Part shown: one piece after another, positions 25,251 through 30,953 of the stretch
How positions within the stretch are numbered: the stretch's first letter is position 1
Layout of the letters: every line of letters begins with the position of its first letter
Source of the DNA: a virus
Lineage: Duplodnaviria; Caudoviricetes
Direction: 5' to 3' (one strand)
DNA length: 30,953 nt
Virus record (IMG/VR): IMGVR_UViG_3300034411_000505
Location: 1-30,953 of that record
Made by a program: the position numbers and the translations under genes
Notes under the pieces: generated by a model
What the model saw: only the letters and a program-made list of their open reading frames with translations
What the model was told of the DNA's origin: nothing
Databases searched by the model: none

Positions 25251-25259
25251 GCGTTCGAC
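25187..25259 (+). repeat. attC-like site 12 (73 bp)
   Basis: GGCGAAC-AAGAC-GGT(G)CTG(A)CCA(A)CG...CGTGGCAGACC-TCATGC-GTTCGAC; R'' is 6/7 complementary to GTTCGCA at 24507. Confidence 0.85.
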
Positions 25260-25726
25260 TCGTATGGGTCGGGTTCATACTTGTTGAGTAAGTCGATCAC
25301 CTGCTGCGACTTCGCTTTTAGCTGTTTAACCCAAACTCCCGAATGGGATATTTGGTCTAGAATTTCCTGCTCTTGCTGCTTCACCTTGATCCTCAGATCG
25401 CGGTTCTCTCGTAGTAGTTCTTCCTCTCTTTTTGTGTCTTCTGTTTTACCCATAGTGTCGTTGTTTATCTGCCCTCGATAAAGCTTCATGTGGTTGACCA
25501 GCTCAATTTGCTTGGTGGTCATCTCGTTAATTTCCCGCTCAAGCTCTTCGGCGTGGCTCTTCATTTCGTGATAAGCCATATTCCAGTCGTACAGCCTCGT
25601 TGAGCTGAGATCGCATTGGATGCGGGTTTCTTCGTCGTCAGTTCTTGGTGTATCGGTATCCATAGTATTTTTGATGTTTGTCTTGCAACTATTAAGCATC
25701 TGTTTAGAGTTGGCGTCTTCGCTCAT
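25247..25726 (-). CDS. Hypothetical coiled-coil protein (DTPRTD...HAEELERE motif)
   Basis: Likely start at 25726 after the duplicated promoter/RBS (an ATGA-coupled start at 25801 is also in frame); ends via ATGA inside site 12. Confidence 0.65.
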   Translation of the reverse strand: MSEDANSKQMLNSCKTNIKNTMDTDTPRTDDEETRIQCDLSSTRLYDWNMAYHEMKSHAEELEREINEMTTKQIELVNHMKLYRGQINNDTMGKTEDTKREEELLRENRDLRIKVKQQEQEILDQISHSGVWVKQLKAKSQQVIDLLNKYEPDPYESNA

Positions 25727-25777
25727 AATGTTTTCCTTGGTGGGTGTGCAAACTAGCATAAACTGGGAGCGTGTCAA
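25723..25777 (-). promoter_or_regulatory. Promoter + leader/RBS module, copy A
   Basis: TTGACA-16 nt-(TGn)TAGTTT, then the 30 bp block identical to 22278-22307. Confidence 0.8.
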
Positions 25778-25797
25778 TAATTGTTTTGTATTTGTTT

Positions 25798-27057
25798 TCA
25801 ATCATACTCCTCGAATCGCTGATACTGCCCGTTCATGCGCAGATTCAGCACAACGCCTCTTTCGCCTTCTCGGTCCTTACTGATAACAACCTTTTCATCC
25901 TCCGGGTCGATGGTGAGCAATACATCAGCATCATTGACGATGGCTCGGCTCTCTCTGGTGCGCCCTTCCTCGTTGAGTTGTGACGCACTGATAACAGGAC
26001 ATCCATGCTGTTTTGCCATCTTCTTCAGCCCGCGTGATATTTCGGCGACTTCCTGCTCCCTGCTCTTACCTTGACCCATGACCGAGACCAACTGAATATA
26101 GTCAACCACGATTAGGTCAATATCGAATCCGAGCTTCTTTCGCTGTGCGGCACTCGCCATCATTGATTCAAGTGTGAGGTCGTAATTATCACAGATTGTC
26201 AGGTTGTTCGCTTGGTTCATCTCGCTTATTCCTGTTTTGATCCTGCCAATGTCGCTTTTAGTGAGCTTCTCTCCCTTCTTAGCGAGAAGTGCATTACCTC
26301 TGATATTCATCCCGTTGGCTAGTGATCTAATACCAAGCTTGCCGGCGCTAGTCTCAAACGAGTAAGCCAGGACGCTTTTTCCTTGGTTGAGAAACGACTG
26401 AGCAACCTGCATCATCAGCATGGTTTTTCCGCATGATGACGGAGCGGCGATAACCCACAGCTGTTCCTTGTCAAGCCCTCCTGTGTGGTGGTCTATTGAG
26501 TGTATGCCAGATGGGACGCCTGTTTGCAGTTCTGGGCGGTTGGCTGTCTCGATAATATTTACCATCTCTTCCGTGATTTCCTCCGTAGTTTTCCACGGCT
26601 TTGAGGATTTGAGCTGCAACAAGGCATCGTTTAGCTTGTCCTGTAGCCCTGCAATTACGGTCTCTGCCTCTGCTCCCTGCTCTATGCTGGCAATGGCGGC
26701 TGTAGATGCCTCACGGGTGATCCTTGTTGCTTTATACGCCTTGACGGTCTCAACGTGTTGTTTGATGTGTGAAAGACCTAGGCACTTGTCGCGCAGTCTC
26801 CAGATGGTTGCAGCTAGTTCCTTGCCATCATGCGATCCGAGGACGTCTGGCTCTATGTCCATGACTTCGACGCTGTGGACACGTCCATCATCATAAAGAC
26901 GGTTCGCCATAGTCCAGATGCGCTGGTTGTCCTTGGTCGTGAACGATGCCTGATCTATGCCGTCTCCGCGCAGGGTCATGATGACTGATTCTGGATCTAG
27001 GAGTAATGCGCCGAGGAGGTATTCCTCGCTTAGTATGTTAGTGTAAGTATTTTTCAT
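25798..27057 (-). CDS. dnaB: DnaB-like replicative helicase
   Basis: Walker A AAPSSCGKT, IVVDYIQL, REQEVAEISRGLK, SQLNE..RES.AI..DAD; N-terminal EEYLLGALL. Confidence 0.93.
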   Translation of the reverse strand: MKNTYTNILSEEYLLGALLLDPESVIMTLRGDGIDQASFTTKDNQRIWTMANRLYDDGRVHSVEVMDIEPDVLGSHDGKELAATIWRLRDKCLGLSHIKQHVETVKAYKATRITREASTAAIASIEQGAEAETVIAGLQDKLNDALLQLKSSKPWKTTEEITEEMVNIIETANRPELQTGVPSGIHSIDHHTGGLDKEQLWVIAAPSSCGKTMLMMQVAQSFLNQGKSVLAYSFETSAGKLGIRSLANGMNIRGNALLAKKGEKLTKSDIGRIKTGISEMNQANNLTICDNYDLTLESMMASAAQRKKLGFDIDLIVVDYIQLVSVMGQGKSREQEVAEISRGLKKMAKQHGCPVISASQLNEEGRTRESRAIVNDADVLLTIDPEDEKVVISKDREGERGVVLNLRMNGQYQRFEEYD

Positions 27058-27070
27058 TGGTTTTGATTGG

Positions 27071-28012
27071 TTAAAATTGGAATCCTGGCGTAACGTGTGT
27101 GCGCTCGTTAATTATGTCTACATAGTCTGGATTAAGCTCGATTAGCTCGGCGCTACGCCCAAGCTCCAACGCCACCATGCCGGTCGTGCCACTGCCTCCG
27201 AACGGATCAAGAACTGTGCCTCCTGTTGGACATCCTGCGAGGATGCACGGCTTGATTAAATCGGGCGGGAACGTGGCGAAGTGTGCGCCGCTGAATGGCT
27301 TGGTGGTGACCTCCCAGACTGAGCGTTTGTTGACCATCCCATCAGCGCCCCATACTTTTTTCATTTGGTCGGCGTCGTTTCTCATAGAATCAACCTTATT
27401 GTTTCCTGGTGCATGTGGCTTGGTCGCAGCGTTATCCTTGATCGCATCCGCATCATAATAATACTTCGGCTTCTTACTCAGCAGGAAGATATACTCATGA
27501 GCCTTCGTGCATCGGTCGGTCACGCTCTCTGGCATCGGGTTCGGCTTGCTCCAGATGATGTCCTGTCTCAGATACCAGCCGTCAGCTTGCAGGGCTAGTG
27601 CCACACGCCAAGGTATGCCGATGAGGTCTTTGGGTTTGAGTCCGATGTCCCTTGCTTTCTGGATAGGCTTGATGCCTTCGGTTGTCCCTTTGTGCGTGCC
27701 TTGCTTGCCCTCTAATGATGAAGGATGAACCGAGCCGTCAGGATTGCTTCCTTTGCCGCTTCCGGCATAACTATCCCCAAGGTTCAGCCAAAGCGTGCCG
27801 TCATCGGCAAGCACCCGCTTTACCTCACGGAACACGTTGACCATGCTCTCTACAAATGCCTCTGGTGTTTCCTCAAGTCCTATCTGCTCGTCGTTTCCGT
27901 AGTCACGTAGTCCGAAGTAAGGTGGTGATGTGACGCAGCAATTAACGCTCCCCGCTTCCATCGTTGGCAGTATGTCGAGGCAATTTCCTGTTTGGGTGTT
28001 TATTTTATTCAT
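27071..28012 (-). CDS. DNA N4-cytosine/N6-adenine methyltransferase (beta class)
   Basis: Catalytic TSPPY precedes SAM-binding LDPFGGSGTT; HFATFP. Confidence 0.92.
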   Translation of the reverse strand: MNKINTQTGNCLDILPTMEAGSVNCCVTSPPYFGLRDYGNDEQIGLEETPEAFVESMVNVFREVKRVLADDGTLWLNLGDSYAGSGKGSNPDGSVHPSSLEGKQGTHKGTTEGIKPIQKARDIGLKPKDLIGIPWRVALALQADGWYLRQDIIWSKPNPMPESVTDRCTKAHEYIFLLSKKPKYYYDADAIKDNAATKPHAPGNNKVDSMRNDADQMKKVWGADGMVNKRSVWEVTTKPFSGAHFATFPPDLIKPCILAGCPTGGTVLDPFGGSGTTGMVALELGRSAELIELNPDYVDIINERTHVTPGFQF

Positions 28013-28227
28013 TGGTTTTTATTGGTTAAAATTGTATTTTTCGTTGCGTTCTGTGTGGCTTTTACAGCAACTGACATTCCAGTCAAGAAAATTGCTTGCC
28101 CTTGTTTGATTTTTGTTTCGTCGTTTTGCTCAATCCCTTCATTTGCAAGGGATAAGCCTCTGTTGTATCTGGTCTCGATTGTGTTATCGGTCTTGGTTTT
28201 TAGTTCCTGGTCTGTCATGTTTTGCAT
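28009..28227 (-). CDS. Hypothetical protein
   Basis: 72 aa; ATGA overlap with the methyltransferase start. Confidence 0.55.
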   Translation of the reverse strand: MQNMTDQELKTKTDNTIETRYNRGLSLANEGIEQNDETKIKQGQAIFLTGMSVAVKATQNATKNTILTNKNQ

Positions 28228-28369
28228 TTTTTGTGTATGCCCTGTTTGGCTCTGTGTTTCGTTCTGATGCGTCCAAATTGTTTTTCGTCATAGGTTGTCC
28301 GATTTTACATTGAAACGTCTCACCGTGGAGTTATTTGCAATTGGCGGCATGTTTGATGTTGTGGCGTGA

Positions 28370-29089
28370 TTACCATAGCATGTTTTTAATGTTCTTGCGG
28401 TAGATCTCTTTTTTCGCCTCTGCGTTGATCTCGGCAAATGATTTCTGCTGTGGTCTGCTCGCTGTCGTCTGTTGCCGTGATAGCCAGTTAGTAATGAACT
28501 TTCTCCAGAGCTTCTTTTTCGCTTTGGATGGATTTGAGATTAGCCATTGGTTCATGGCTTCGATTTGTTGAGTAACATGAGCGTTCGGATATGCTACCTC
28601 CCACTGCTTGATGTCGTCCGCTGAAATGTTTTGCCAGCCACCTGCCGATGACCACGAAATTTCGTGAGTCTCGGCGTCAGCTAATGTATTCTTCTTTTCA
28701 TTCTTCTTATTCTTATTCTTCTTGTTACTGGTCGCTTGTTGGTCGCTCGTTGGTCGCTCGTTGGTCGCTTCGCTGGTCGTGTCTTGGAACTTATCGTAGT
28801 TAACTACCTCAACCACAGTGCCTTGGCGTGATGTTTTGATGGTCAATTCGTTGGTCGATTTTAGCTTAGTTAGTGCAGTCCTCACTTGGCGAACACTTAA
28901 GCCAGTCTCTGCTGCAAGAAGGTCACGACCAGTAAGGAACTTGCCGCGCTCGACTACCGCGCCTCTATACTTTTTATCCTTATGATTCGCCATCAGAAGG
29001 CAGTGCAGAAACACTCGCATTACGTTCACGTCATCATACCATTCCCAGTCCAGGAGTGACCGGTGTAGTTTGATCCAGCCGCTCTTCAT
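28370..29089 (-). CDS. Phage replication initiator / replisome organiser (lambda O-like role)
   Basis: GWIKLHRSLLDWEW, winged HTH LAAETGLSVRQVRTALTKL, internal iterons; upstream of DnaB. Confidence 0.85.
   Translation of the reverse strand: MKSGWIKLHRSLLDWEWYDDVNVMRVFLHCLLMANHKDKKYRGAVVERGKFLTGRDLLAAETGLSVRQVRTALTKLKSTNELTIKTSRQGTVVEVVNYDKFQDTTSEATNERPTSDQQATSNKKNKNKKNEKKNTLADAETHEISWSSAGGWQNISADDIKQWEVAYPNAHVTQQIEAMNQWLISNPSKAKKKLWRKFITNWLSRQQTTASRPQQKSFAEINAEAKKEIYRKNIKNMLW
28689..28780. repeat. Putative replication origin: ~11-bp iterons TGGTCGCTCGT (4 copies plus a partial) next to a purine/AT-rich tract
   Basis: Tandem copies at 28729, 28740, 28751, 28762 and 28774, adjoining an AAGAAGAATAAGAATAAG tract inside the initiator gene. 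Confidence 0.7.
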
Positions 29090-29196
29090 TCGCCGTCCTC
29101 CTCTCTGAATACTTCAAGCATCATTTCCCTTGCTTCGTCGCTTAGTGCCTCATAGAGAGACGCTAGAACGTTGTTTACTGTTTCGGCATTGCTCAT
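29086..29196 (-). CDS. 36 aa mini-protein (MSNAETVNNVLASLYEALSDEAREMMLEVFREEDGE), not in the ORF track
   Basis: ATGA-coupled to the initiator; its 3' end provides the GAGGAGG RBS. Confidence 0.55.
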   Translation of the reverse strand: MSNAETVNNVLASLYEALSDEAREMMLEVFREEDGE

Positions 29197-29230
29197 AATT
29201 TTAATTGTTGCGCCCCGGAGGGGCTGGTTG

Positions 29231-29455
29231 TTAGTTGATATAAGTAACTGACGGTTCACAGTGTCCGTAAATGGTCATCTTGGTATTAGGTGGGACATTA
29301 TAAGATAGCTTTAGCCATTCGATAACCTCCTCTACCGTAGAACCGGCGCATCCTGCAATGTAATATCTGCCTATGTAACACTGATATACACCTCTAGTTA
29401 ATCTTAGTCTTGCTGTTATTTTTCCTTTCGGCATGTCGCTTTTCATTGTTTTCAT
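29231..29455 (-). CDS. Hypothetical protein
   Basis: Likely start MKTMKSD after an A/C-rich leader. Confidence 0.5.
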   Translation of the reverse strand: MKTMKSDMPKGKITARLRLTRGVYQCYIGRYYIAGCAGSTVEEVIEWLKLSYNVPPNTKMTIYGHCEPSVTYIN

Positions 29456-29548
29456 TGTTTTTGTTGTTTTTAGTGGTGTTTGTTGTTGTTCCTCTCGGTG
29501 GACGCATAATGCGCACAAAGCTCACAAGGTGTCGATAACTTTCTGTAA

Positions 29549-29599
29549 TAAAAAACACAAGCAAGCCCCGAACCCTTATAAAACAAAGGATTCGAGGCT
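29549..29599 (-). terminator. Putative terminator hairpin after the VRR-NUC gene
   Basis: AGCCTCGAATCCTT-TGTTTTAT-AAGGGTTCGGGGCT followed by TGCTTGTGTTTTTT. Confidence 0.55.
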
Positions 29600-29620
29600 A
29601 AACTTTTTTTGCGGTTTTTT

Positions 29621-29923
29621 CTATTTCGTCTCAATTCTGAGGATAGTAGCGCATATTTCAGCGGCTGTTAGGCAGACGTTTATTTGCCCTTGCCATGATG
29701 AGTGCATCTTTCTTTGCGCCTCCGTCAGTTGTCGCCGGCTTGCTGTTTTAGTTGGGTCTTTCACTTCGATTAGGTAGTTCTTACCCTGCCAGCCGATCAC
29801 AAGGTCAGGGAATCCTCGCCCTGCTCCCGATGCGTCAAATATGGTTGCCTCTGGTAGTGCGTCGCGTAGCTCTTCGACTAGGCACTTGTGGTTGTCGTCT
29901 GTTCTTTTTGCGTATCTTGGCAT
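29621..29923 (-). CDS. VRR-NUC / PD-(D/E)XK nuclease (putative Holliday junction resolvase)
   Basis: GFPDLVIG...YLIEVKD...LTEAQ...W.G. Confidence 0.85.
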   Translation of the reverse strand: MPRYAKRTDDNHKCLVEELRDALPEATIFDASGAGRGFPDLVIGWQGKNYLIEVKDPTKTASRRQLTEAQRKMHSSWQGQINVCLTAAEICATILRIETK

Positions 29924-29924
29924 G

Positions 29925-30188
29925 TTATTTTATCTGGTTGTTAATTCTTTGTTTTTGCTTGTCTCTGTTTGGTTTGCTCATGCTCTTGGTCATAACGCAC
30001 GCGTTCCAAATCCGCATCGCCTGTTTAGGTTGCCACTCTGGCAACGTGTCGAATTGTCCGCATTTGCATGTTGTTATTGTGCATCCTGGCTCGTAGCTAA
30101 TATCTGGTCGCGTCTTGCATTCGAGGCACATGGCGCAGAGTAACCGCGCCTCTGTGATCTCGTTTGCAATGCTTTCATGGTTACACAT
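29925..30188 (-). CDS. Small zinc-ribbon protein (Lar-like pattern)
   Basis: CLECK...CKCG...AMRIWN; likely start ATG 30188 overlapping the upstream stop. Confidence 0.55.
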   Translation of the reverse strand: MCNHESIANEITEARLLCAMCLECKTRPDISYEPGCTITTCKCGQFDTLPEWQPKQAMRIWNACVMTKSMSKPNRDKQKQRINNQIK

Positions 30189-30953
30189 CTGGAGAGCCTG
30201 TGTGACCTTCCATTTCTGCCTCCTCGTCATAGACCGAGAACGACGCACGACCTAAGAGAGCAGGCTTAGGGAATAACGGCGCCCAGTAGTCAGACTCTGC
30301 CGCCTTGATGATACGCCCTAGAAGGTGATCGAATATCATTTGTCCATCCATAATGTCAACCTTGGGTATCTCTGTTACCGCCACCTCATACGGCGCAGAT
30401 GATTGCTGCCAGATGATTAGAAATCGGTCGCGCTGGTCGTCTGGGTTTTGGAGGTTGTGCATCTGTAGGTAATGGGCGGCCTGTGCATGATAGCCAAACT
30501 TGCCGATTGTCTTGGCGAATCCTGTAGCCGTAAAGTCTGCGGTCGTCTTTAGATCAGCGAGATAGTCAGTTCCCTCTGGCACAAAGTCGGCGAGAGCTTT
30601 TAGTCCTACGGGCTTTTCAGAGTGCGGAGTCATCACGCGGTTAAGCATGACAACCTGCGACGCGCTGCGCTCGATGATTTCGGCGGACGGCTTGAACTTG
30701 CTGGTTAATATCTCAGCGGCTTTTCTCGCGCTTGCTAGGTCTTCCGTCTTGATGATAGACACACCGCGCTCTTCTTCCTGTGCTTTCCATTCACGAGCTT
30801 CCTTCGTGCGGTAGCTGTCAAACTCCGACATTGTAAACTGACTGTCGAAGTCCTCCGGGCTGGTCACTAAACAATCTACAAGAGATCCCCAGCGCATAGC
30901 GCCGGTGCTGTATTGTTTTGGATGGTATCGCCAACGGTAGAGGCTGGATTTGA
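30181..30953 (-). CDS. RecE / exonuclease VIII-like PD-(D/E)XK protein (DUF3799-like), 5'-truncated by the window edge
   Basis: AMRWGSLVD, LKALADF..LADLKTT, GYHAQAAHY, APYEV; frame stays open to the end of the window. Confidence 0.85.
   Translation of the reverse strand, partial: KSSLYRWRYHPKQYSTGAMRWGSLVDCLVTSPEDFDSQFTMSEFDSYRTKEAREWKAQEEERGVSIIKTEDLASARKAAEILTSKFKPSAEIIERSASQVVMLNRVMTPHSEKPVGLKALADFVPEGTDYLADLKTTADFTATGFAKTIGKFGYHAQAAHYLQMHNLQNPDDQRDRFLIIWQQSSAPYEVAVTEIPKVDIMDGQMIFDHLLGRIIKAAESDYWAPLFPKPALLGRASFSVYDEEAEMEGHTGSPDV

Larger units (their letters stand above)
20753..25259 (+). mobile_element. Integron-like gene cassette array (cluster of attC-like sites, no integrase in window) with antisense-oriented cassette genes
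   Basis: 12 attC-like elements with AAC...GTT ends, L boxes with extrahelical bases, and R''/previous-R' complementarity. Confidence 0.85.
1..30953 (-). mobile_element. Tailed dsDNA phage / prophage genome segment, lambda-like siphovirus organisation
   Basis: Co-oriented replication, packaging (GpA-type terminase, lambda-type portal, ClpP), capsid and tail modules. No host housekeeping genes, integrase or att boundary in the window. Confidence 0.95.

Noticed and set aside
20753-25259. CRISPR array or REP/terminator interpretation of the repeats
   Set aside because: Repeats vary in length and sequence, are separated by whole genes rather than 30-40 bp spacers, lack U-tracts, and show attC-specific bulges and offset R-box complementarity.
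28228-28369. Gene between the initiator and the 72 aa ORF
   Set aside because: Only very short ORFs of about 20-35 codons in each frame; none is convincing.
29480-29540. Promoter TCGACA-18-CATTAT on the minus strand
   Set aside because: Plausible location but weak match and long spacer; not enough support to call.
2-30143. All plus-strand ORFs in the six-frame track
   Set aside because: They are antisense shadows of tightly packed minus-strand genes, with no recognisable motifs or coupling.
1-30953. tRNA/rRNA genes and a specific host assignment
   Set aside because: No cloverleaf or rRNA-like segment recognised by eye; host cannot be established without database searches.

Overview
A 31 kb slice of a tailed dsDNA phage (or prophage) with lambda-like gene order. 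Every credible gene lies on the minus strand. In transcription order (right to left): RecE-like exonuclease (truncated by the window edge), VRR-NUC nuclease, replication initiator with internal iterons, N4C/N6A DNA methyltransferase, DnaB helicase, an accessory region (about 20.7-25.8 kb), metallophosphoesterase, terminase small and large subunits, lambda-type portal, ClpP protease with a nested scaffold, capsid, neck and tail genes, tape measure, and receptor-binding proteins (LamG lectin, beta-helix tailspike). Main discovery: the accessory region is an array of integron attC-like sites (9 well-formed, 1 degenerate, 2 right-arm remnants). In 7 neighbouring pairs the R'' box is the 6-9 nt reverse complement of the preceding R' box, which is the footprint of excisable gene cassettes. 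The cassette genes run antisense to the normal integron orientation, and most of their start and stop codons sit inside the attC sites. No integrase is in the window. The array is split into two units, each headed by a copy of the same promoter+RBS module and closed by a copy of the same attC variant. Cargo includes two split (alpha plus nested beta) C5 methyltransferases and a Lar-like protein. Also seen: an in-frame TGA in a Cys-rich tail-gene N-terminus followed by a SECIS-like hairpin, and a recurring GTTGAATTC-N4-CA motif ahead of structural genes. All product calls come from motifs and synteny read by eye; no searches were run.
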